Assembly: GCF_006345805.1 (NCBI RefSeq)
Contig: NW_021834224.1
Span: 1 to 64,000 of the forward strand
Length of the DNA stretch: 64,000 nucleotides
Direction of reading: 5' to 3'
From: Octopus sinensis
Lineage: Eukaryota
The position numbers were made by a program, and so were the translations under genes. Shown here one piece after another: positions 24,842-36,099 of this stretch (positions are counted from its first letter, which is position 1; the number at the start of each line of letters is the position of its first letter). Under the pieces are notes generated by a model. The model was given only the letters and a program-made list of their open reading frames with translations. It did no database searches and was not told where the DNA came from.

Positions 24842-25626
24842 TGTGTATATGTTTGTGTGCTTGTGTTTGTCCCCCCAACATCACTTGACAATCAATGCTG
24901 GCGTGTGTGTGTTTACGTCCCCATAACTTAGCAGTTCGGCAAAACAGACTAATAGAATAACTACTAGGCTTACAAAGAATAAGTCCTGGGGTCGATTTGG
25001 TCGACTAATGGTGGTGCTCCAGCATGGCCACAATCAAATGACTGAACAAGTAAAAGAGTAATCCTCAATTTACTATTTTGCTGTGTGGTCCCCACCAAAA
25101 CCTCATATGGACCCTCAGCGGGTAATATGGACCCTCCTGGCTGAGAACCACTGGTGTACAAGAATGAATGTTTAGCTGATGCTTAAATTACAATGGAAGA
25201 ACATCATCTCTGAGATGGGAAGAAAACTGCTCCATCACCATAAGTGAGAAATTTAGAAAGAGAAGGAGAATAAAAGAATATAAGAATAAAAGATTATAAG
25301 AATAAAAGAATATAAGAATAAAAGAATATAAGAATAAAAGAATAAAAGAATATAAGAATAAAAAAATATAAGAATACAAGAATAGAAGAATAAAAGAATA
25401 TAAGAATAAAAGAATATAAGCAGAACTAATAAATGAACAAACACATATTTTGATGTATATAACATGTGTTCTATCAATGTCGTATCTACAGATGTAGGTC
25501 CAACCACATGGTTCCGGGTTCAGTCCCACTGCGTGGCACCTTGGGCAAGTGTCTTCTACTATAGCCTCAGGCCGACCAAAGCCTTGTGAGTGGATTTGGT
25601 AGACAGAAACTGAAAGAAGCCTGTCG

Positions 25627-25659
<33 letters not shown>

Positions 25660-25878
25660 ATATGTTTGTGTGTCTGTGTTTGTCCTCCTAGCATTGCTTG
25701 ACAACCGATGCTGGTGTGTTTATGTCCCCGTCACTTAGCGGTTCGGCAAAAGAGACCGATAGAATAAGTACTGGGCTTACAAAAGAATAAGTCCCAGGGT
25801 CGAGTTGCTCGATTAAAGGCGGTGCTCCAGCATGGCCGCAGTCAAATGACTGAAACAAGTAAAAGAGTAAAAGAGTAG
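24745..25878 (+). mobile_element. Two 5'-truncated SINE-A copies (24745-25060, 25500-25878) flanking an AGAATAAA/AGAATATA minisatellite (25255-25430)
   Basis: Match to the SINE-A body and tail. Confidence 0.75.
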
Positions 25879-26117
25879 AGAGATTAATCTGATGGGTTAC
25901 TCTATACTTTTGCGGAATACAAATATATTCTTAAAACAAGAATATTGTTGATAGTAACTTTGAAGTTTCAATCAGTTAAGCCATCGTCCAGCAACGGGTT
26001 AACTGGCTGAAACGTTTAAGTCAATAATACTCTTGTTTAAGAATAACATGTGTGTGTGTGTGTGTGTGTGCATGAGTATATATATGTGTATGTGTGAATA
26101 TATGCATATACACATAT

Positions 26118-26162
<45 letters not shown>

Positions 26163-26197
26163 TAGATATAAATAAATATAAATATATATATATATTA

Positions 26198-26229
<32 letters not shown>

Positions 26230-26435
26230 CATATATAATATAAATAAATATATATATATATAATATATATATATATATATACATATATAAATATAAATAG
26301 ATATATACATATATAAATATAAATAATATATATATATATATATAAATATAAATAAATATATATATATATATATATAAATATAAATAAATATATATATATA
26401 TATAAATAAATATATACATATATAAATATAAATAA

Positions 26436-26474
<39 letters not shown>

Positions 26475-27204
26475 TATATTTATATATATATTTATATATG
26501 TATATAGACAAACAGTTAAATATGTATATTTTTATTGCATCAAATTATAATGAATTACATATTTCCATATTATTTATAAAAAAATAATATCAACTGCTAT
26601 ACCCAGCCACAAATATAATTACAACTGCCAAATTGTTTTTATTAATTGATTTTAATATTATTATTATTATTATTATTATTATTAGCATTATTATTTTTAT
26701 CATCATCATCATTATCCATTTCTGTAGCATTAACAACAATCGCAATAATATTTTCAGCCACCACAGCCACATAAATAAACATGGGATTATTGCTTCAATA
26801 ATTCCATAGACAAAAGAAAGCTAGGGGTCACGAAAAGACAGACAACCAGACACGCACACACACACACACACACACTCACACACACATTTGCATATATACA
26901 TGTATTTGTGTAAACAGGGAACAGCAATCCTTTCAAAACAGTTTATATTAAAACCAGAATTTAATCTCCCTTTTTTTTCCCCCCACTTTTTTTAAAGATT
27001 TTTTTCATATTTGTCCTTCATGATTGTATTCGGAACAATAAGGTTCTGAAATCCAAACGTCTGACGTTTCAAGGTTTTTCACAACCCCCTTTTACGAATT
27101 TAACCCCATTGTCATAGTGGAGTGTGTTCTGCACTTTCTGTAGTTAATCATAAAGAAATGAGGGGGTAATTTCAAATTCCCAGTAAAAATTGTCAATATT
27201 CATC

Positions 27205-27644
27205 GCCATCATGGCCGATGCCAGTGCCGCCTCGACTGGCTTCCGTGCCGGTGGCACATAAAATACACCAATCCGACCGTGGCCGTTGCCAGCCTCGCCT
27301 GGCACCTGTGCAGGTGGCATGTAAAAAGCACCCACTACACTCATGGAGTGGTTGGCGTTAGGAAGGGCATCCAGCTGTAGAAACACTGCCAGATAAGACT
27401 GGAGCCTGGTGCAGCCTTCTGGCTTCCCAGATCCCCGGTCGAACCGTCTAACCCATGCTAGCATGGAGAACGGACGTTAAACGATGATGATGATCATCAT
27501 CATCATCATCATGATCACTATCATTTGGGTTGGACGGTTCAACTGGGGTCTGGGAAGCCAGGAAGATGCACCAGGGACCAATCTGGTCTGGCAGTGTTTC
27601 TACAGCTGGATGGCCTTCCCAACACCAACCACTCACCCCCACCC

Positions 27645-27678
<34 letters not shown>

Positions 27679-27850
27679 TAGATATATAAAACAGGCTTCT
27701 TTCAGTTTCCGTCTACCAAATCCACTCACAAGGCTTTGGTCGGCCCAAGGCTATAGTAGAGGACACATGCCCAAGGTGCCACACAGTGGCACTGAACCCG
27801 GAATGATGTGGTTAGTAAGCAAGCTACTTACCACACAGCCACTCCTACGC
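27205..27850. mobile_element. SINE-B (+, 27205-27500), inverted SINE-B tail (-, 27520-27640) and SINE-A head (-, 27690-27850)
   Basis: Match to other copies in the window. Confidence 0.75.
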
Positions 27851-27957
27851 CTATTATTATTATTATTATTATCATCATCATTATTATCATCATCATCATC
27901 ATCATTATTATTATAATCATTATTATCATCATTATCATCATTATTATCATCATCATC

Positions 27958-27994
<37 letters not shown>

Positions 27995-27995
<1 letters not shown>

Positions 27996-28570
27996 TATTT
28001 TATGTTTGACTTTTGCTTTGCATTTGTACAAGTTGGCTCCAAGTCTCACCCAGAGGCCTCAAGAGACAACATATTAGAAGTTCACGTTGGTGTTATGCCT
28101 ATGGCGTCATAAGTTTGGTTTTGTCTAAGAAAACATAAGAAGATTATAAATTTGTTTTAAAATTTGAGATTACATCATAGATAGTATTTTACGTTAGATA
28201 TGGGCAGTTCCCATGAGGACTATCTTTTGAATTTCTGCCATTTTGGGGTTTCCTGGTATCTGAGCTACATAGCAATCAGCCCCTTTTGCTATCATTCCCA
28301 GGGCACCTATGACAACAGGTATTGTTTTAGTCTTCAGTTTCCACATTTTGCTAATTTCTATTTCAAGATCGTTATACTGGCTCAATTTTTGGTAGGTCTT
28401 GACAGATAAGTTTATATTGATTGGAACAGTCATATCAATACGGAGGCAGGATTTCTGTCTGAAGGCTTTCAATAAGGCCTATTCACATCTATCTTTCTGT
28501 CAGTTTGAATGGTGAAGTTCCAGAGGAATGAGATATGATCATTTTCAAGCACAGGAGGTGGTTTGTGCTA
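27995..28570 (-). mobile_element. R4/Dong-clade retrotransposon 3' end with an RLE endonuclease remnant, bounded by (TAA)n on both sides
   Basis: HKPPPVLENDHISFLWNFTIQTDRKIDVNRP...IDMTVPININLSVKTYQKLSQYNDLEIEISKMWKLKTKTIPVVIGALG...EIQKIVLMGTAHI matches the R2/R4 PD..D/KxxxY RLE pattern. Confidence 0.85.
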
Positions 28571-28769
28571 TTATTATTATTATTAAAAAGCACCCACTAC
28601 ACTCTCGGAGTGGTTGGTGTTAGGAAGGGTATCCAGCTGTAGAAACTATGCCAGATCAAGATTGGAGCCTGGTGCAGCCATCTGGTTTGCCAGCCCTCAG
28701 TCAAAATCGTCCAACCCATGCTAGCATGGAAAGCGGACGCCAAACGATGATTATTATTATTATTATTAT

Positions 28770-29160
28770 AGGCGCAGGAGTGGCTGTGTGGTAAGTAGCT
28801 TGCTAACCAACCACATGGTTCCAGGTTCAGTCCCACTGCGTGGTATCTTGGGCAAGTGTCTTCTGCTATAGCCCCGGGCTGACCAATGCCTTGTGAGTGG
28901 ATTTGGTTGACGGAAACTGAAAGAAGCCTGTCGTATATATGTATATATATATATGTGTATGTGTGTGTGTTTGTCCCCCTAACATTGCTTGACAACCGAT
29001 GCTGGTGTGTTTACGTCCCCGTCACTTAGCGGTTCAGCAAAAGAGACCGATAGAATAAGTACTGGGCTTACAAAGAATAAGTCCCGGGGTCGAGTTGCTC
29101 GACTAAAGGCGGTGCTCCAGCATGGCCGCAGTCAAATGACTGAAACAAGTAAAAGAGAGA
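28770..29160 (+). mobile_element. SINE-A, full length (preceded by a SINE-B tail at 28580-28750)
   Basis: Complete structure. Confidence 0.85.
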
Positions 29161-29456
29161 TTATTATTATTATTATTATTACCATTATTACTATTACTAT
29201 TATTATTATTATTATTACTATTATTCAGGCCTGGTTCCTATCGTAGAAAGAATTATCATCATCATCATCATCATCATCATCATTATTATTGTAAAAAATA
29301 TGATTTCGGTTATTATTAAGAGTACAGTTGGTGTGTGGTCCCAGTTGACAAGACATACCACATACAGTCACACTAACACGAAAATGTTGACTTTATAGGT
29401 GGGAAATTTTTAAGTAAACACTGAACAATGTTTCATTTCTTTCCAGCCTATTAATC

Positions 29457-29527
<71 letters not shown>

Positions 29528-29636
29528 GTGTATATATGTGTATGTGCACGGGAATGTTTGTAAGATCTTGTGAGTGTGTATGCATATTTATTTATATATA
29601 TATGCCTATATGTATGAGTGTGTCTATCTATCTGCC

Positions 29637-29729
<93 letters not shown>

Positions 29730-29970
29730 GTAAAAAAATACAAACTGGGACAAGAACGCAAAACATTAGAAGACGATACAAAAAACACGGACGGGACATT
29801 CGAAGCCTTCAATCTTCAGTCAAGAACCGGATCATCCTCGCAATTTCGGCTGAGTAATCTTGAGATTGCTCCGACCTGGCCAGCCCCAAAGGAAAATCTA
29901 AGCCAAGCACATTAGATTCCTTGGAAGAAAGCCTCGAATGTATACAAAACAAGGATGGGAACGAATAAGA

Positions 29971-30006
<36 letters not shown>

Positions 30007-30537
30007 GTATATATATATAATTAAGGGTTTAGCAAAAAGTTGCTTGGGCAAAATGCTTAACGGTATTTCATCTGTCATTATGTTTTGAGTTCAAATTTCG
30101 TAGTGGTCGACTTTGACGTACAGATTATTTAATTAATATTTTAATGGCAGTGCCCCAGCATGGCCACAGCTCGTGAGCTGAAACTAGATGAAATAAAATA
30201 AAAATAGCTGTCAAAAACCGCTAGTTCTTCTGTGAGTTACGAGTATTGCTATCTGTGGAGTTATATTTGTAGTCAATATAGTGGTTTTTGACTGCTATTT
30301 CTAAATTTTCGGTATGTGGTGAAGCAACTTTTTGCTAAACCCTTAATTATATTTATAATTATAAAAAAAACTTTTTGTATAAGTTTTTACCGATAATGGT
30401 TTTTTCTTCTATACTGAAGCTACTTGGTGAAATTTGTTAATTATTAAATTAATAATTTTTTACCCTACATCTATAATATATGATTGATCGTTCGCCACTA
30501 CACACATTTTTTTCTCTCCTTGTTTTTTTCTGTGTCC

Positions 30538-30573
30538 CTTTCTGTAGAAGAGCATAGGCTCGAAACGTAAAAG
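30538..30573 (+). ncRNA. Minimal hammerhead-like motif with variant core CUGUAGA
   Basis: CTTT-CTGTAGA-A-GAGC-ATAG-GCTC-GAAAC-GTA-AAAG. Confidence 0.55.
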
Positions 30574-30699
30574 ACTTTTTCTATTCCTGAGCGTTATACT
30601 AATGTTTTGTACACCACCTGTCTTCGTCTTTTGTTTTTTTCGTAAACTCTCCCTATATATATATATATATATATATCATCATCATCATCATCATCATCA

Positions 30700-31310
30700 T
30701 TTAACGTCCGCTTTCCATGCTAGCATGGGTTGGACGGTTCAACTGGGGTCTGGGGAGCCCGAAGGCTGCACCAGGCCAGTCAGATCTGGCAGTGTTTCTA
30801 CAGCTGGATGCCCTTCATAACGCCAACCACTCCGAGAGTGTAGTGGGTGATTTTATGTGCCACCGACACAGGTGCCAGACGAGGCTGGCGAACGGCCACG
30901 CTCGGATGGTGTTTTTATGTGCCACCGACACAGGTGCAGACGAAGCTGGCGAACGGCCACGCTCGGATGGTGTTTTTATGTGCCACCGACACAGGTGCAG
31001 ACGAAGCTGGCGAACGGCCACGCTCGGATGGTGTTTTTATGTGCCACCGACACAGGTGCCAGACAAGGCTGGCAGACGTCCGCGCTCGGATGGTGTTTTT
31101 ATGTGCCACCGACACAGGTGCCAGACGAGGCTGGCGAACGGCCACGCTCGGATGGTGTTTTTATGTGCCACCGACACAGGTGCAGACGAAGCTGGCGAAC
31201 GGCCATGCTCGGATGGTGTTTTTATGTGCCACCGACACAGATGCCAGACGAAGCTGGCGAACGGCCACGCTCGGATGGTGTTTTTATGTGCCACCGACAC
31301 ATATATGTAT
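30700..31310 (-). mobile_element. SINE-B with an expanded internal 61-62 bp minisatellite (~8 units)
   Basis: Repeat ATGTGCCACCGACACAGGTGC(C)AGACGA.GCTGGCGAACGGCCACGCTCGGATGGTGTTTTT; SINE-B tail at 30700-30845. Confidence 0.85.
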
Positions 31311-31777
31311 ATATATATACCAACACCATTAACATAAAGTGTGGCCCCATCTAGGCCTATGATAGATACACCATATCTCGAAAATGCTATGCTTTTGCTA
31401 TCCAGGAAAGGGAGACAAGTTTTAAAAACTCATCAATGAGAGATAAGGATGTTTCTGTGACCCCATGTTGTGATACAATATAAATGTCAGCTGTGACAAT
31501 ATAGTGGATATCCTCCCACATCATTAGCAATTCTCCAAGAATGTCCACAAGATACTATTTTCACATGGCATTTAGCATTGTTGATAAAAGCATTTACAAT
31601 GCCATCCACGGGAAGGATTGTCTTGATAGCAATATCAAAAACATACCAGAAGCAAAATAAGGAACACTGATGGGAAGATGTCAATTGTACCAATATGGTA
31701 GAAACCCACATCATTAGGAGTTCTCCAAAAAATGTCCACAAGGTACTACTTTCACATGAGATATAATATTGTTGATA

Positions 31778-32164
31778 GTGGAGGCGCAATGACCCAGTGG
31801 TTAGGGCAGCGGACTCGCGGTCGTAGGATCGGGGTTTCGATTCCCAGACCGGGCGTTGAGAGTGTTTATTGAGCGAAAACACCTAAAGCTCCACGAGGCT
31901 CCGGCAGGGGATGGTGGTGATCCCTGCTGTACTCTTTCACCACAACTTTCTCTCACTCTTACTTCCTGTTTCTGTTGTACCTGTATTTCAAAGGGCAGGC
32001 CTTGTCACTCTCTGTGTCACGCTGAATATCACCCCCGAGAACTACGTTAAGGGTACACGTGTCTGTGGAGTGCTCAGCCACTTACACGTTAATTTCACGA
32101 GCAGGCTGTTCCATTGATTGGCTCAACCGGAACCCTCGTCGTCGTAACTGACGGAGTGCTTCCG
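31778..32164 (+). mobile_element. SINE-D, full-length tRNA-derived SINE with target-site duplication
   Basis: tRNA-like head GGCGCAATGACCCAGTGGTTAGGGCAGCGGACTCGCGGTCGTAGGATCGGGGTTTCGATTCCC; TSD ATATTGTTGATA (31766-77) / ATATCGTTGATA (32165-76). Confidence 0.85.
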
Positions 32165-32307
32165 ATATCGTTGATAAAACCATTTACGATGCTGTCCACA
32201 TGAAGGATTGTCCTGATAGCCATACCAAAAACATATCAGAACTAGAATAAGGAATACTGTTGGAATATTCCAGCAAAAAGAAGCAATCTGGTGCCAACAC
32301 TACATCA

Positions 32308-33290
32308 TATCATTGTTCGACCGTGGTCGAGACAATGGAATTTGCCATGCTATGCCAGACTTCACGGTCCATCGTAGCATTACGGAGGTCCTGTTGCTGG
32401 ATGCCTGTATCCCTGGAGATTACATCAGGGTAGGAGAGTGTGCGCCCTCTGGTATCGCGAGTAGATGGCTTCCAGAGGAGAAGAGCAGAAATGACCTCGT
32501 TTTCAGCTCTACAACAATGTCCAGCAAACTGGACTCTCCTACCTTTCACAAGAGATGATATGTATGTATATATATATATCATCATCATTGTTCGACCGTG
32601 GTCGAGACAATGGAATTTACTATGCTACGCCAGACTTCACGGTCCATCATGGCATAATGGAGGTCCTGTTGCTGGATGCCTGGATCCCTGGAGATTACAT
32701 CAGGGTAGGAGAGTGTGCGACCTCTGGTATCGCGAGTAGATGGCTTCCAGAAAGAAGAGTAGAAATTACCTTGTTTTCAGCTCTACAACAATGTCCAGCA
32801 AACTGGACTTTCCTACCTTTCACAAGAGACGATATGTATGTATATATATATATCATCATCATCATTGTTCGACCGTGGTCGAGACAATGGAATTTACCAT
32901 GCTATGCCAGACTTCACAGTCCATCATGGCATTATGGAGGTCCTGTTGCTGGATGCCTGTATCCCTGGAGATTACATCAGAGTAGGAGAGTGTGCACCCT
33001 CTGGTATCGCGAGTAGATGGCTTCCAGAGGAGAAGAGCAGAAATTACCTCGTTTTCAGCTCTACAACAATGTCCAGCAAACTGGACTCTCCTACCTTTCA
33101 CAAGAGATGATACAGGTGGCAGTTTCCCATATATTTGTACTTTGGTTGGATGACACTTCCACAAGAGATTTTGGGCACTCATAAGGAGGTGAGTGTAAGT
33201 TCCATCCAACCGCCTCGCAAGCTTCTTTGATAACACTACAAGCCTGATATTGTCCTCTAAGATAGGAAGTATAAATCATGCAGCGTTGTA
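32308..33290 (-). mobile_element. RTE-clade LINE 3' end with the terminal 276 bp present three times
   Basis: RRLDGTYTHLL...YGKLPPVSSLVKGRRVQFAGHCCRAENEVISALLLWKP...YPDVISRDTG...MDREVW; CATTGTTCGA anchors at 32311, 32587 and 32863. Confidence 0.85.
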
Positions 33291-33419
33291 GAGGTTAGCT
33301 GTTTAGGAAATATGAATATCTCATGAAAAACTGGAGAAAAGGAGAAACTCACAGCTCTTGCACCCATGGTGTAAAATTTATACTTATACCACTGGGCTGT
33401 GTAACAATAAATCTGCATT

Positions 33420-34105
33420 GATTCTTTAGCATTCATATTACTCCATCAATTGTAATTCTTATTTATTAATATTGCATTATCTTGTAACTTCAAGATTTTG
33501 ATGATGTACCGTATTTGACGGCATATTAGACGCACCCTCATTTCAGCAGGTCAAATTCAGGAAAAAAAGTTTTAAGTGTATTTAAGCATATATTGTTGAA
33601 AGCAGTCTAGCAGCTCATTACAAAAGCAGAAAACATTGCTGTATAAAAGCAAGATGGCATCGAGTTAGGGTTCCGATCAGCTGATATTAGTAAACGTGTG
33701 TCATGGATCGCAGCCTAACAATTTACGGTAGATTGCTTTGATTTTTACGATAATTCGTATTTTAAAGTAATAATACTGGTAATAATAATAATAATAATAA
33801 TAATACTAGCAATAAAATAATGATGCATGAGTACGGAAAATATCATTAAGGCGTTAGCGTAGGTAGAAATACTTATTGTAAGCTAGGTTAGTGAGCGTCT
33901 GGGAGAAGATTAGCCTACGGGAGGGTCTTGACTTCACATATTAGACGCAGGGCGATTTTTTGAGCCAAATTTTTTGGAAAAAAGTGCGTCCTATATGCCG
34001 TCAAATACGGTAATTGTTTATTTTTAGGGTAGGTGTGAGAGACTGGATCTGGCCAGTTTAATCACAAAACATAAAATATTTGCTTCACATACGGCCAGTA
34101 TAATC
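33420..34105 (+). mobile_element. Degenerate MITE-A copy interrupted by a TA-flanked MITE; right end missing
   Basis: CTTTAGCATTCATATTACTC start; removing the insert restores GATGATGTAATTGTTTATTTTTAG...GTGTGAGAGACTGGATCTGGCCAGTTT. Confidence 0.7.
33509..34010. mobile_element. 502-bp non-autonomous DNA transposon, probably Tc1/mariner-pogo type
   Basis: TA duplication (33507-08, 34011-12); 27-bp TIR CCGTATTTGACGGCATATTAGACGCAC with 2 mismatches. Confidence 0.85.
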
Positions 34106-34123
34106 CTTCAGCAATCAGATTAC

Positions 34124-34197
34124 CATGCAGTGGGACTGAACCTGGAACCATGTGGTTGGTAAGCAATCTACTTACCACTCAGCCACTCCTACACCTA
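34124..34197 (-). mobile_element. SINE-A tRNA-like head only (3'-truncated), directly downstream of the 5S copy
   Basis: TAGGTGTAGGAGTGGCTGAGTGGTAAGTAGATTGC...GGTTCAGTCCCACTGCATGG. Confidence 0.8.
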
Positions 34198-34206
34198 AAA
34201 ACAAAT

Positions 34207-34324
34207 GCTTACAGCACTTAGGTTTCGCAAGCGGTCACCCATCTAAGTACTAACTAGGCTCGATGTTGCTTAACTTCAGTGGTCAGACGAGAACCGGTGC
34301 TTTCAACATGATATGGCCGTAAGC
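34207..34324 (-). rRNA. 5S rRNA: Full-length 5S rRNA copy, probably a retro-pseudogene
   Basis: GCTTACGGCCATATCATGTTGAAAGCACCGGTTCTCGTCTGACCACTGAAGTTAAGCAACATCGAGCCTAGTTAGTACTTAGATGGGTGACCGCTTGCGAAACCTAAGTGCTGTAAGC: 118 nt, ends pair, box A intact, box C altered (TAGATGGG). Confidence 0.92.
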
Positions 34325-34431
34325 AAAAAATAGGGAACACTTCATGAATTTGCGTGTCATCCTTGCGCAGGGGCCATGCAAATCTTCTCTGTACCATTCC
34401 AATTTTGTTATAGGTATTACCAAAGCAATAC
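34325..34431 (-). ncRNA. U6: Full-length U6 snRNA copy (107 nt with T6 end), probably a retro-pseudogene
   Basis: GTATTGCTTTGGTAATAC 5' hairpin, ACAGAGAAGA box, GCATGGCCCCTGCGCAAGGATGACACGCAAATTC, TTTTTT end. No upstream PSE/TATA; a SINE abuts +1. Confidence 0.92.
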
Positions 34432-34433
34432 AT

Positions 34434-35312
34434 AGGCGCAGGGGTGGCTGTGTGGTAAGTAGCTTGCTAACCAACCACATGGTTCCGGGTTCAGTCCCAC
34501 TGCGTGGCATCTTGGGCAAGTGTCTTCTGCTATGGCCCCGGGCCGACCAATGCCTTGTGAGTGGATTTGGTAGACGGAAACTGAAAGAAGCCTGTCGTAT
34601 ATATGTATATATATGTATGTGTGTGTGTTTGTGTGTCTGTGTTTGTCCCCCTAGCATTGCTTGACAACCGATGCTGGTGTGTTTACGTCCCCGTCACTTA
34701 GCGGTTCGGCAAAAAGAGACCGATAGAATAAGTACTGGGCTTACAAAAAGAATGAGTCCCGGGGTCGAGTTGCTCGACTAAAAGGCGGTGCTCCAGCATG
34801 GCCGCAGTCAAAATGACTGAAACAAGTAAAAGAAAGAAAGAAATATGATGGTCTTCTTTCAGTTTCCATCTATCAGATCAGTTACTCTTTTTACTCTTTT
34901 TACTCTTTTACTCTTTTACTCGTTTCAGTCATTTGACTGCGGCCATGCTGGAGCACCGCCTTTTAGTCGATCAAATCGACCCCGGGACTGATTCTTTGTA
35001 AGCCCAGTACTTATTGTATCGGTCTCTTTTGCCGAACCGCTAAATGACGGGGACGTAAACACACCAGCATCGGTTGTCAAGCAATGCTAGGGGGACAAAC
35101 ACAGACACACAAACACACACACACACACATATATATATACATATATACGACAGGCTTCTTTCAGTTTCTGTCTACCAAATCCACTCACAAGGCATTGGTC
35201 GGCCCGGGGCTATAGCAGAAGACACTTGCCCAAGATGCCGTGCAGTGGGACTGAACCCGGAACCATGTGGTTGGTTAGCAAGCTACTTACCACACAGCCA
35301 CTCCTGCGCCTA
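34434..35312. mobile_element. Inverted tail-to-tail pair of full-length SINE-A (+ 34434-34840; - 34900-35312)
   Basis: Both are complete, closely similar and ~60 bp apart. Confidence 0.85.
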
Positions 35313-36099
35313 GTTCACTAGGTTTTTTTTCAGCCTGGAGCTATATAGTAGAAGGCACTCACCCAAGGTGCCACGCAGTGGGATTGAACCTGGAACCATG
35401 TAGATGGGAAGCAAACCTCCTTACCACACAGCCACAGGTGCACCATTAGGCTTTTGCTTTTGCTCTTACAAAAAAAAAAAAAAGAAAAAAGAACCAAAAC
35501 TAAAAAGAACTAAAGGCGGTGCTCCAGCATGGCCGCAGTCAAATGACTGAAACAAGTAAAAGAGAAAAGAGAGAGTAAAACCATTTATTACACTTTTGTT
35601 TAAATGTAGGCAGCAAACTTAATGCAGTAAGGCTAAATTAATCTTTACACAATTAATACAACATTCGTTATGAAAAGAAACTTCATTAGCATTAACGACA
35701 ACTCTTACATATCAATCAAGCAGAAAGAATTCCTGGGAAATTCTCCCCATATCAATTTACTGCCCTTTTGATCTATCTGATACAGTTTAACTGGAGACAC
35801 GTCCCAGCCTACTCCTGACATTACAGTCGGAGTGCTTAGATGTAAAAAGAGACCTCACATCCGAACAGCTGTTTAAACAGCCGTGTCAAACACTATCAAA
35901 GAGGTAAGCTGCTAGTCAAGAAAGATTAACCTCTATGCTAGTGGTAGCTTGTATGTGGTGCTCGGTATAATAAGATGCACTAGATGCACTCAGACTGAAC
36001 GAAAAAAAATAGAAAGAAAGAAAAGAAAAATGGTAATTGTTGAAGCTGTACGATCCTTTGATCGTAGGTCTGTTGGATGAGAAATGAACCTTGTGTTAA

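Noticed and set aside
25100-25152. hAT-like terminus CAGTGGTTCTCAGCC (minus strand)
   Set aside because: Only one end is visible and no TSD, so it cannot be supported as an element.
30845-31300. CRISPR-like look of the 62-bp GC-rich repeats
   Set aside because: No unique spacers, lies inside a SINE, eukaryotic context, no cas genes.
31783-31855. tRNA gene (also all SINE-A heads)
   Set aside because: Continues into a SINE body with a TSD; cloverleaf imperfect.
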